64,000 nt of DNA from Pecten maximus (taxonomy: Eukaryota). Each line of letters opens with the position of its first letter. The stretch's first letter is position 1. The notes below the pieces were generated by a model. The model saw only the letters and a list, made by a program, of their open reading frames with translations, was not told where the DNA came from and searched no databases. Below are positions 1 to 13,600 of the stretch, piece by piece. Both the position numbers and the translations under genes were made by a program. The stretch spans positions 24,614,001-24,678,000 of the forward strand of contig NC_047025.1 of the NCBI RefSeq assembly GCF_902652985.1, in the 5' to 3' direction.

Positions 1-149
1 GTTATGTAAACCAATACAATTACCGGTCACACCGCAGGTGGGCGGCGCTACGGGATTAATTTGTCAGATCACAGGTAGATATAAAATGGCCTGGACAATG
101 AAGTGATCACCTAAGGCTGGATTCAGTAACAAAATACTATAATATACAC

Positions 150-1400
150 TCGTCCGATCGAAGTGAAATTTTGCATGGTGTTAGATAAATATATAATCTG
201 TATGTTACATAAAAAATAATAAAGAAATATAAATTAACGGCTTCCTGGGCGTGTAAAAACCTCCCTGGACACTCATGTGCCAACCGCAGCCGTAATACTT
301 CATCGTAACTTCGTAAGATTTAATGGCAAAATTTAGTATTATGCAATCGCCTGATCGAAGTGAAATTTTACACGATGTTAGATAAAAGTATTATCTGTAT
401 GTTACCGAAAAAAAAATCAAAAAAATCTTCAATAACGGCTTCCTGGGCGTGTCAAATACGCCCCGGACACTCAAATGCACGCTTTAATGCACCTTCAGTG
501 GTGCATTTCCGTATTATAAAATCATTTGATCGAAGTGAAATTTTGCATGGTGTTAGATAATGATGTTATTAATATGTTACAGAAACAAAATTTAAAAAAT
601 CTTCATTAACGAATTCCTGGGCGCGCCCGACACCCCAGTGCACGCTGCACTGCAACTTCAGAGGTGCATTTCCATATTATATAATCATTCGATCGAAGTG
701 AAATTTTGCATGGTGTTAGATAATGGTCTCATAAGTATATTACAGAAAAAATTATTAAAAAATCTTCATTAACGAATTCCTGGGCGTGCAAAATGTCCCT
801 GGACACTCCCTGGTCACTCATTAGGTACACCGTAATACTACAGGGCAACTTCATCGTAACATCGTAAGATTTATGGTAAAATTTAGTATTATGCACTCGT
901 CCGATCGAAGTTAAATTTTGCACGATGTTAGATAAAGGTATAATATGTATGTTTCAGAAAAAAATAATCAAAAAAATAAATCGACGACTTCCTGGGCGTG
1001 AAAAATACGCCCTGGACACTCACGTGCTGACCGCAGCCGAAATACAGGGCAATTTCATCGTAACTTCGTAAGATTAATGGTAAAATTTAGTATTATGCAC
1101 ACGTCCGATCGAAGTGAAATTTTGCATGATGTTAGATAAAGGTTTAATCTGTATGTTTCAGAAAAAATAATCAAAAAATTTAAATCAACGACTTCCTGGG
1201 CGTGTAAAATACGCCCGGGACACCCGAGTGCACGCTGCACTGCAACTTCATCGGTGCATTTTAATAATATGCACTGGTCCGATCGAAGTGAGATTTTGCA
1301 TGATGGTAGATAATGGGACAATATGTACGTTACAGAAAAAAAATTCAAAAAATCGTCATTAACGAATTCCTGGGCGTGAAAAGTATCTCCCTGGACACTT
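150..1400. repeat. Degenerate tandem array of ~165-210 bp units upstream of HEATR3 (satellite or HINE-type internal repeats)
   Basis: GATCGAAGTGAAATTTTGCA..GTTAGATAA recurs at ~156, 353, 528, 691, 903, 1107 and 1281, each followed by TTCCTGGGCGTG..GGACAC. Confidence 0.8.
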
Positions 1401-1608
1401 TCCATTTCCAATTCCTGCATGACGTTTATAATCCGGTATTTTTTATCTGACTGTAGTGCATCCCTTTCTTTCACAACTTCCGGATTGTAATGGCGACTTC
1501 CATACGTTTAGCAGACACGTGTGTATTCTGAGAATGAATAAATCGGCGATATGCCCGATACTAGTTGTCATTATAGTGTAATAACATATAGGCCTAAAAT
1601 AAGAGATA

Positions 1609-4600
1609 ATGGGGAAAAGCAAAGCGAAGAAGTTCAAGTCAAGTAAGCCCCAGCCCACTGGCTTACCTAGTGTGAAAGATTGTGAAGCTGCTCTTGATCT
1701 GGAAACTGCAAAATCCATTGCCTCGAATTCTACAATCCAGAATCTAGTGGAGAAGGTGTGTATTTGCTATGTTGTAACATGGTATGCCTAAATCTATCCG
1801 TTGTTATTGCATTATTTAACATCATCTCATAAAATATCAGTTATCTTTATACATCTGTCAAAAATGTTTTCAGCCACAATGCAGAAACTTGAGAAAGACA
1901 ACACATTTCCATTTTTAGATTCTTAGCTTTTGCGTTGCTGTTTTTTGCATTCAATAAGTAGATTTTTTGCGTTGCTTTTTTTTTTTGCATACTTAATAAG
2001 TAGATTTGACTACCTCAGAAAATACTTCAAATTTTTCAATACCCAAAAGTCATGTTGCATTGGGAACAACTGTAAAAGATTAAGAAATTGAATAGGAAAT
2101 CTTTTTAACCTGAAATACTGTAAGTCTCTCCCCGTGTTTTGTGTCCGAGATAAATTGTTGTTCTGTATAAATATATTAAAGAATTCCTATTGACGATGGG
2201 TAACNNNNNNNNNNNNNNNNNNNNNNNNNNNNNNNNNNNNNNNNNNNNNNNNNNNNNNNNNNNNNNNNNNNNNNNNNNNNNNNNNNNNNNNNNNNNNNNN
2301 NNNNNNNNNNNNNNNNNNNNNNNNNNNNNNNNNNNNNNNNNNNNNNNNNNNNNNNNNNNNNNNNNNNNNNNNNNNNNNNNNNNNNNNNNNNNNNNNNNNN
2401 NNNNNNNNNNNNNNNNNNNNNNNNNNNNNNNNNNNNNNNNNNNNNNNNNNNNNNNNNNNNNNNNNNNNNNNNNNNNNNNNNNNNNNNNNNNNNNNNNNNN
2501 NNNNNNNNNNNNNNNNNNNNNNNNNNNNNNNNNNNNNNNNNNNNNNNNNNNNNNNNNNNNNNNNNNNNNNNNNNNNNNNNNNNNNNNNNNNNNNNNNNNN
2601 NNNNNNNNNNNNNNNNNNNNNNNNNNNNNNNNNNNNNNNNNNNNNNNNNNNNNNNNNNNNNNNNNNNNNNNNNNNNNNNNNNNNNNNNNNNNNNNNNNNN
2701 NNNNACTTAAAACACTTACCACAGGTGAGGGACATATCTTACTTAAAACACTTACCACAGGTGAGGGATATATCTTACTTAAAACACTGGCCACAGGTGA
2801 GGGACATATCTTACTTAAAACACTTACCACAGGTGAGGGATATATCTTACTTAAAACACTGGCCACAGGTGAGGGATATATCTTACTTAAAACACTGGCC
2901 ACAGGTGAGGGACATATCTTACTTAAAACATTGGCCACAGGTGAGGGATATATCTTACTTAAAACACTGGCCACAGGTGAGGAACATATCTTACCTAAAA
3001 CACTGGCCACAGGTGAGGGATATTTCTTATTTAAAATACTGGCCACAGGTGAGGAATATTTCTTACTTAAAACACTGGCCACAGGTGAGGGACAAATCTT
3101 ACTTAAAACACTGGCCACAGGTGAGGGACATATCTTACTTAACACACTGGCCACAGGTGATGGATATTTCTTACTTAAAACACTGGCCACAGGTGAGGGA
3201 TATATCTTAATTAAAACACTGGCCACAGGTGAGGGACATATCTTACTTAAAACACTGGCCACAGGCGAGGGACATTTCTTACTTAAAACATTGGCCACAG
3301 GTGAGGGATATTTCTTAATTAAAACACTGGCCACAGGTGAGGGACATTTCTTACTTAAAACATTGGCCACAGGTGAGGAATATATCTTACTTAAAACACT
3401 GGCCACAGGTGAGTGACATATCTTACTTAAAACACTGGCCACAGGTGAGGGATATTTCTTAATTAAAACACTGGCCACAGGTGAGGGACATTTCTTACTT
3501 AAAACATTGGCCACAGGTGAGGAATATATCTTACTTAAAACACTGGCCACAGGTGAGTGACATATCTTACTTAAAACACTGGCCACAGGTGAGGGATATT
3601 TCTTAATTAAAACACTGGCCACAGGTGAGGGTCATTTCTTACTTAAACACTGGCCACAGGTGAGGGACGTACCTTACTTAAAACACTGGTCACAGGTGAG
3701 GGATATATCTTACTTTAAACACTGGCCACAGGTGAGGGACATATCTTACTTAAAACACTGGCCACAGGTGAGGGCTATTTCTTAATTAAAACACTGCCCA
3801 CAGGTGAGGGACATTTCTTACTTAAACACTGGCCACAGGTGAGGGACGTATCTTACTTAAAACACTGGCCACAGGTGAGGGATATTTCTTACTTAAAACA
3901 CTGGCCACAGGTGAGGGACATATCTTACTTAAAACACTGGCCACAGGTGAGGGATATATCATACTTAAAACACTGGCCACAGGTGAGGGATATATCATAC
4001 TTAAAACACTGGCCACAGGTGAGGGATATTTCTTACTTCAAATCCTCCTGCATTAGAATACTCTTTTGTAATTATAAAAGAGTGATTTTGAATGGACTGG
4101 TTTAAGCAGTCAAATACAGAGAAGATTCCTGTAATTGTTGGATTTTCAACTTTCAAAAACCAAATTCAAATAAATATAAAAAGTTAAGTGTACCTTCAGT
4201 GCTCTTGAGCTTGTAGAAGTTACTAAAATGTGACTGCAGGTTTGACTTGAATTCAAATATTTGAAATTAACCTTTTTAGAAACCTTTATATTTGCAATGT
4301 TTATAAACTTTCAGGTGTATTGGTAAATGTTAAGAGTGCTGAACTCACTACAGCGCCCGGTAATCTTGTGGCTCACATTCTGACCTCTGTATCACATGTG
4401 TTGGATTTTAACGCTTTAGAGGACTTCACAGCCACTCTAGTTGGACCAAAAGAGGTAATTGCCTCCTACAAACTTTTAAGTTCTTCTCATAGATAGGCCC
4501 CAACTCCCACCTAGTATTAAGCCCTTCACCTCCCCATTTATTACATAGTGTGTATTCATGGCTTCTTTCAGTAAATGTTCTGATTTGCCAAACTCAATAT

Positions 4601-7600
4601 ATAGCATATCATCAAACTTTAAAAGATTAACCACACCAATGCATCCACACACCCAAATTTTTTGCTATACTAATGACATGGTTTATAGAAACTATCATTA
4701 ATACAATCATAATTTAGGTGCATTACTTCACTGTGAAAAGCCAGAAAATAAGACTAAAGAGTACCACTAAAATATGTACATTTACAATAAATGGAAAATA
4801 CTTTCTGAAGTCTTTTTTTTTTTTTTTTTTGGCTTTCAATGGCAATTAAATGAATTGGAGACGACTGATGTGCATGTGTAATCAAAAACCAATATTGTGT
4901 CTATCTAACTTTGTCTTGTAGGTTATGTCAAACGAGGAGGCACAGAAAGATGACACTCCAACAGGAAGTGTAAATAGTGAAGAAAAAGTATGTAACAATG
5001 GAAATAATTGATATTGCTACTTACAGCTCATAATTTGTGAAACAGTTTGAAGAATATTTGTTATACATAAAGATGTTAATGCCCCAACTACCGTTATTTT
5101 GTTGGGTATAGGTATGTCCCAACTACCGTTATTTTGTTGGGTATAGGTATGTCCCAACTACCGTAACCAGGTATTTTGTTGGGTATAGGTATGTCCCAAC
5201 TACCGTTATTTTGTTGGGTATAGGTATGTCCCAACTACCGTTATTTTGTTGGGTATAGGTATGTTAAGTTAATTTCTTTGCACTTATGATTTGTAGCTTA
5301 TTATGCATTTGAAATAATTGATTTCTGTTGAATTTCAGAGCTGTGTTAAAAACAAGCTACAGGACATAGAACATTTTATAGCAGCGCAGATGATTGCCTT
5401 AGAAATAGCTGCCAATCTTTGTTGTATAGAAGGTATGTATTGATAAAACCTAAAATTGAAGCTTACCAGAGCTAAAATTAATTCAGTATATGAGTAAATA
5501 TCCCCACCAGTATACTACCTTCTCATTCTAATGCATGTTCCATATACTTTTGTCTACAACTATAGTATTTTTTTTACACTTACACTTGTGATTATAAATT
5601 ACTGTACTAAATAGGGTTTTACGTCTCAGTATGTAGAGTTATGGCCCTTTGTTCTTGATGAGAGGCACTATGGTTGGAGAGGAGATTAAAATAGTCAATA
5701 AGTTTGTTTTATATAAATGATACATTTAAAATTATCATACAACACCGTCACAGATAGGTATCCACAATGTATGAGAAAATATAATTTCTTCAAATCATTA
5801 ACCAATTTGATTTTGAAGCATGCTGGTGTGAACTGATTGGAAACATGTTCTTATAGTTATAAAAAACTGACCACACACTTAATCGTGTTTGACCTCAAAA
5901 GATACATATGTTTGACCTTTACATTGACCTTTGTTGACCTTTACAGATTCCTGGGAGGATATGGACAGCAGTGAGTCAGATGACCAAATCGCTGATGGTG
6001 ACATGGAGGAGGAGACCATGGACGATAACTTGTTTGTATGTATCCAGTTATCTCCCCTTGGTCCTTATGAATAACCATGTTTTAAGTTTCATTTGATCTT
6101 GACTCTACATATTAAATACCAGAATTACTTTTGTGTTTAAGTAAGACATTTACATTTTTCGTAATTTCAAAAGTGTTTTGAATTCTGAAAAACGATCAAA
6201 TATTCAAGCCAATTGTTCAGGAGAAAAGTTAAAGAACAAGTTGCAATTATCAAAGGGTTGTTGAGGCTGATGCTGTAAACATACGAATCATTAGGTGCTA
6301 AATATTTCTCTTAAAAGAAAAAATAAGCAACAAAATACTCCTGACAAAAATTAGAGCAATCTCATTTTCTCGTGTTTTGGATGGCCATCAGTTGAATTTG
6401 TTGGTTTTTTTCCAGTCGCCCCTATGTGTTTCATCGGAAATTCAAGGTGCAATATTAAGTAACGAGATATTTAGTAAGGTAAGAATTCATGTGCTTGTCT
6501 AATTTTGTTCCCATAATGTCTGTAGCCTTGATTTGCTTTAATACAGAGATTTTAACAACCTTTACTTACTTATCGATGGTTATATCCCCTACAACATATA
6601 TATTGCATTAGGGTCCAGTCACACCGAGCTGATTTGGCCTGCCAGAGCTATATCTGAAATATTTTGGAATCAGTATCACTTCGCTAAGAATAGTTGTACA
6701 TCGTCAGGACACCACCAAAATATTGTAGAAAAAATTAGCAATGGCAGGTGACAGTTTAAATCATGCTCAAAAATTTCAGTTGTTGCACTGCCAGAGCATG
6801 CAACAGCAATATAACAGCAGTATAACAGCAGTATAACAGCAGTATATCGGTAGTATAACAGTGGTACAATGGCAGTATAACAGTAGTATAATGGCAGTAT
6901 AACAGTAGTATAATGGCAGTATAACAGCAGTATATCAGTAGTAAAACAGCAGTATAATGGCAGTATAACAGTAGTAAAATAGCAGTATAACAGCAATATA
7001 ACAGCAGTATAACAGCAGTATATCAGTAGTATAACAGTAGTATAATGGCAGTATAACAGTAGTATAATGGCAGTATAACATTAGTATAACAGTAGTATAA
7101 CGGCAGTATAACAGTAGTATAATGGCAGTATAACATTAGTATAACAGCAGTATAACAGTAGTATAACAGTAGTATAACAGTAGTATAATGGCAGTATAAC
7201 AGTAGTATCACGGCAGTATAACAGTAGTATAATGGCAGTATAACAGTAGTATAACAGCAGTATAACAGCAGTATATCAGTAGTATAACAGTAGTATAATG
7301 GCAGTATAACAGTAGTATAATGGCAGTATAACAGCAGTATAACAGTAGTATAACAGCAGTATAACAGTAGTATAATGGCAGTATAACGGCAGTATAACAG
7401 CAGTATAATGGCAGTATAACAGTAGTATAATGGCAGTATAACAGTAGTATAATGGCAGTATATCAGTAGTATAACAGTAGTATAATGGCAGTATAACAGT
7501 AGTATAATGGCAGTATAACAGTAGTATAATGGCAGTATAACAGTAGTATAAAGGCAGTATAACAGTAGTATAACAGCAGTATAACAGCAGTATAACAGTA

Positions 7601-10600
7601 GTATAATGGCAGTATAACAGTAGTATAATGGCAGTATAACAGCAGTATAACAGTAGTATAATGGCAGTATAACAGTAGTATAATGGCAGTATAACAGTAG
7701 TATAATGGCAGTATAACAGTAGTATAACGGCAGTATAACAGCAGTATAACAGCAGTATAACAGTAGTATAATGGCAGTATAACAGCAGTATAACGGCAGT
7801 ATAACAGCAGTATAACAGTAGTATAATGGCAGTATAACAGTAGTATAACGGCAGTATAACATTAGTATAACAGTAGTATAATGGCAGTATAACAGTAGTA
7901 AAACAGCAGTATATCAGTAGTATAACAGTAGTATAATGGCAGTATAACAGTAGTATAACGGCAGTATAACATTAGTATAACAGTAGTATAATGGCAGTAT
8001 AACAGTAGTAAAACAGCAGTATATCAGTAGTATAACAGTAGTATAATGGCAGTATAACAGTAGTATAATGGCAGTATAACAGTAGTATAATGGCAGTATA
8101 ACAGCAGTATAACAGTAGTATAACAGCAGTATAACAGTAGTATAATGGCAGTATAACGGCAGTATAACAGCAGTATAATGGCAGTATAACAGTAGTATAA
8201 TGGCAGTATAACAGTAGTATAACGGCAGTATAACATTAGTATAACAGTAGTATAATGGCAGTATAACAGTAGTAAAACAGCAGTATATCAGTAGTATAAC
8301 AGTAGTATAATGGCAGTATAACAGTAGTATAATGGCAGTATAACAGTAGTATAATGGCAGTATAACAGCAGTATAACAGTAGTATAACAGCAGTATAACA
8401 GTAGTATAATGGCAGTATAATGGCAGTATAACAGCAGTATAACAGTAGTATACCGGTAGTATAACATTAGTATAACAGTAGTATAACGGCAGTATAATAG
8501 CAGTTTAACGTCATTACTCTGGTATGACAAGGGTATCTACGGCCAATTGTGATTTTTCAAGTTCTTTTCTCTACTAATTTCTTCACCGTTGTCAATTGGC
8601 TGCTCCTAGCTGTTTCATTAGTCCCAATGAGGTACATTGGTAGCTTGTGTGACACGCCCTTTAGGTGAATGGGTTGTTTATTGAAAGAGAAGCATCTTAT
8701 AGTGATATGATATTTTATTGCTACTGTTGTGCTTTTTACTTCCGAAGAGGAAGGACATCGTTAGAACAAGTGTATCACAACAGGAGCGCTGATACTACAT
8801 CAAATTGCTTTACTCTGCCAATTTTCTGACTGTCGTTATTTGTCTGCTCCAGTTTGATTTCAATGAGTGACTTCGGTAGTTTGTGACAGGACTTTTGGTG
8901 GATGAGTTGTTTAATGAATGAGATGCCTCATTTTATGTGTTGCTTCCTCAAGACATATTATGGAATCAACTATCAGAATATTGTAGATAATAGTAAGCTT
9001 TAAAGATCTCTAGGATTAACAGATACATGTATTTGGACTGTTACTTCTATTTTCTGTAGATGGGTACAGATACACCTCTTAATTTATGGTTTGGTTCCTT
9101 TTGTTTTATCATTGTTAAGCAAACAAAAGCTGATTGACAGCTCAGACAGTTTTACATGGGAACTAACGTGTCCGAATTCCCCAAATATTTATTACCGATA
9201 ATACACATCACTTCAATATATAGGCTCAAATGAATATTTTAATGACATAAGATTTTGACATTTTGAAGGTGCTGAAGAAGGCTGAGCCTTGTATTCTGCC
9301 AGACAGTGCCACCAGTCCGAGTGAGCTTCAGAAAAACTTGGTTAAAAGGTAGGACTAACAACTCCTAGTGGGAAGTATGAGGTTAAAAGGTAGGACTAAC
9401 AACTCCTAGTGGGAAGTATGAGGTTAAAAGGTAGGACTAACAACTCCTAGTGGGAAGTATGAGGTTAAAAGGTAGGACTAACAACTCCTAGTGGGAAGTA
9501 TGAGGTTAAAAGGTAGGGCTAACAACTCCTAGTGGGAAGTATGAGGTTAAAAGATAGGGCTAACAACTCCTAGTGGGAAGTATGAGGTTAAAAGGTAGGA
9601 CTAACAACTCCTAGTGGGAAGTATGAGGTTAAAAGGTAGGACTAACAACTCCTAGTGGGAAGTATGAGGTTAAAAGGTAGGACTAACAATTCCTAGTGGG
9701 AAGAACATGGTTAAAAGGTAGGGCTAACAACTCCTAGTGGGAAGTATGAGGTTAAAAGGTAGGACTAACAATTCCTAGTGGGAAGAACAAGGTTAAAAGG
9801 TAGGACTAACAACTCCTAGTGGGAAGTATGAGGTTAAAAGGTAGGACTAACAATTCCTAGTGGGAAGAACATGGTTAAAAGGTAGGGCTAACAACTCCTA
9901 GTGGGAAGTATGAGGTTAAAAGGTAGGACTAACAATTCCTAGTGGGAAGAACAAGGTTAAAAGGTAGGACTAACAACTCCTAGTGGGAAGTATGAGGTTA
10001 AAAGGTAGGGCTAACAACTCCTAGTGGGAAGTATGAGGTTAAAAGGTAGGACTAACAATTCCTAGTGGGAAGAACAAGGTTAAAAGGTAGGACTAACAAC
10101 TCCTAGTGGGAAGTATGAGGTTAAAAGGTAGGACTAACAATTCCTAGTGGGAAGAACAGGGTTAAAAGGTAGGACTAACAATTCCTAGTGGGAAGAACAT
10201 GGTTAAAAGGTAGGGCTAACAACTCCTAGTGGGAAGTATGAGGTTAAAAGGTAGGACTAACAATTCCTAGTGGGAAGAACAGGGTTAAAAGGTAGGACTA
10301 ACAACTCCTAGTGGGAAGTATGAGGTTAAAAGGTAGGACTAACAACTCCTAGTGGGAAGTATGAGGTTAAAAGGTAGGGCTAACAACTCCTAGTGGGAAG
10401 TATAAGGTTAAAAGGTAGGACTAACAACTCCTAGTGGGAAGTATGAGGTTAAAAGGTAGGACTAACAACTCCTAGTGGGAAGTATGAGGTTAAAAGGTAG
10501 GACTAACAACTCCTAGTGGGAAGAACAAGGTTAAAAGGTAGGACTTACAACTCCTAGTGGGAAGAACAAGGTTAAAAGGTAGGACTAACAACTCCTAGTG

Positions 10601-13600
10601 GGAAGTATGAGGTTAAAAGGTAGGACTAACAACTCCTAGTGGGAAGTATGAGGTTAAAAGGTAGGACTAACAATTCCTAGTGGGAAGTATGAGGTTAAAA
10701 GGTAGGACTAACAACTCCTAGTGGGAAGAACAGGGTTAAAAGGTAGGACTAACAAATCCTAGTGGGAAGTATGAGGTTAAAAGGTAGGGCTAACAACTCC
10801 TAGTGGGAAGTATGAGGTTAAAAGGTAGGACTAACAACTCCTAGTGGGAAGTATGAGGTTAAAAGGTAGGACTAACAACTCCTAGTGGGAAGAACAAGGT
10901 TAAAAGGTAGGACTAACAACTCCTAGTGGGAAGAACAAGGTTAAAAGGTAGGACTAACAACTCCTAGTGGGAAGTATGAGGTTAAAAGGTAGGACTAACA
11001 ACTCCTAGTGGGAAGTATGAGGTTAAAAGGTAGGACTAACAACTCCTAGTGGGAAGAACAAGGTTAAAAGGTAGGGCTAACAACTCCTAGTGGGAAGTAT
11101 GAGGTTAAAAGGTAGGACTAACAATTCCTAGTGGGAAGAACAGGGTTAAAAGGTAGGACTAACAAATCCTAGTGGGAAGTATGAGGTTAAAAGGTAGGGC
11201 TAACAACTCCTAGTGGGAAGTATGAGGTTAAAAGGTAGGACTAACAACTCCTAGTGGGAAGTATGAGGTTAAAAGGTAGGACTAACAACTCCTAGTGGGA
11301 AGTATGAGGTTAAAAGGTAGGGCTAACAACTCCTAGTGGGAAGTATGAGGTTAAAAGGTAGGGCTAACAACTCCTAGTGGGAAGTATGAGGTTAAAAGGT
11401 AGGGCTAACAACTCCTAGTGGGAAGTATGAGGTTAAAAGGTAGGACTAACAACTCCTAGTGGGAAGTATGAGGTTAAAAGGTAGGACTAACAACTCCTAG
11501 TGGGAAGTATGAGGTTAAAAGGTAGGGCTAACAACTCCTAGTGGGAAGTATGAGGTTAAAAGGTAGGACTAACAAATCCTAGTGGGAAGTATGAGGTTAA
11601 AAGGTAGGACTAACAACTCCTAGTGGGAAGTATGAGGTTAAAAGGTAGGGCTAACAACTCCTAGTGGTAAGAACAAGGTTAAAAGGTAGGACTAACAACT
11701 CCTAGTGGGAAGTATGAGGTTAAAAGGTAGGGCTAACAACTCCTAGTGGGAAGTATGAGGTTAAAAGGTAGGACTAACAACTCCTAGTGGGAAGTATGAG
11801 GTTAAAAGGTAGGGCTAACAACTCCTAGTGGGAAGAACAAGGTTAAAAGGTAGGACTAACAACTCCTAGTGGGAAGTATGAGGTTAAAAGGTAGGACTAA
11901 CAACTCCTAGTGGGAAGAACAAGGTTAAAAGGTAGGACTAACAACTCCTAGTGGGAAGTATGAGGTTAAAAGGTAGGACTAACAACTCCTAGTGGGAAGT
12001 ATGAGGTTAAAAGGTAGGGCTAACAACACTCCTAGTGGGAAGTATGAGGTTAAAAGGTAGGGCTAACAACTCCTAGTGGGAAGAACAAGGTTAAAAGGTA
12101 GGACTAACAACTGCTAGTGGGAAGAACAAGGTTAAAAGGTAGGACTAACAACTCCTAGTGGGAAGTATGAGGTTAAAAGGTAGGACTAACAACTCCTAGT
12201 GGGAAGAACAAGGTTAAAAGGTAGGACTAACAACTCCTAGTGGGAAGTATGAGGTTAAAAGGTAGGACTAACAACTCCTAGTGGGAAGTATGAGGTTAAA
12301 AGGTAGGGCTAACAACACTCCTAGTGGGAAGTATGAGGTTAAAAGGTAGGGCTAACAACTCCTAGTGGGAAGAACAAGGTTAAAAGGTAGGACTAACAAC
12401 TCCTAGTGGGAAGAACAAGGTTAAAAGGTAGGACTAACAACTCCTAGTGGGAAGTATGAGGTTAAAAGGTAGGACTAACAACTCCTAGTGGGAAGAACAA
12501 GGTTAAAAGGTAGGACTAACAACTCCTAGTGGGAAGTATGAGGTTAAAAGGTAGGACTAACAACTCCTAGTGGGAAGTATGAGGTTAAAAGGTAGGGCTA
12601 ACAACTCCTAGTGGTAAGAACAAGGTTAAAAGGTAGGACTAACAACTCCTAGTGGGAAGTATGAGGTTAAAAGGTAGGGCTAACAACTCCTAGTGGGAAG
12701 TATGAGGTTAAAAGGTAGGACTAACAACTCCTAGTGGGAAGTATGAGGTTAAAAGGTAGGGCTAACAACTCCTAGTGGGAAGAACAAGGTTAAAAGGTAG
12801 GACTAACAACTCCTAGTGGGAAGTATGAGGTTAAAAGGTAGGACTAACAACTCCTAGTGGGAAGAACAAGGTTAAAAGGTAGGACTAACAACTCCTAGTG
12901 GGAAGTATGAGGTTAAAAGGTAGGACTAACAACTCCTAGTGGGAAGTATGAGGTTAAAAGGTAGGGCTAACAACACTCCTAGTGGGAAGTATGAGGTTAA
13001 AAGGTAGGGCTAACAACTCCTAGTGGGAAGAACAAGGTTAAAAGGTAGGACTAACAACTGCTAGTGGGAAGAACAAGGTTAAAAGGTAGGACTAACAACT
13101 CCTAGTGGGAAGTATGAGGTTAAAAGGTAGGACTAACAACTCCTAGTGGGAAGAACAAGGTTAAAAGGTAGGACTAACAACTCCTAGTGGGAAGTATGAG
13201 GTTAAAAGGTAGGACTAACAACTCCTAGTGGGAAGTATGAGGTTAAAAGGTAGGGCTAACAACACTCCTAGTGGGAAGTATGAGGTTAAAAGGTAGGGCT
13301 AACAACTCCTAGTGGGAAGAACAAGGTTAAAAGGTAGGACTAACAACTCCTAGTGGGAAGAACAAGGTTAAAAGGTAGGACTAACAACTCCTAGTGGGAA
13401 GTATGAGGTTAAAAGGTAGGACTAACAACTCCTAGTGGGAAGAACAAGGTTAAAAGGTAGGACTAACAACTCCTAGTGGGAAGTATGAGGTTAAAAGGTA
13501 GGACTAACAACTCCTAGTGGGAAGTATGAGGTTAAAAGGTAGGGCTAACAACACTCCTAGTGGGAAGTATGAGGTTAAAAGGTAGGGCTAACAACTCCTA

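Noticed and set aside
2105-4105. Long ORFs such as (SPVASVLSKIC)n on the minus strand and (QVRDISYLKHWP)n on the plus strand
   Set aside because: Stop-free readings of the 36-bp minisatellite, some running through Ns. Only the LLKTLATG frame relates to HEATR3.
6676-8530. Tyr/Cys/Leu-rich minus-strand ORFs
   Set aside because: Artefacts of the 11-bp repeat inside a HEATR3 intron.
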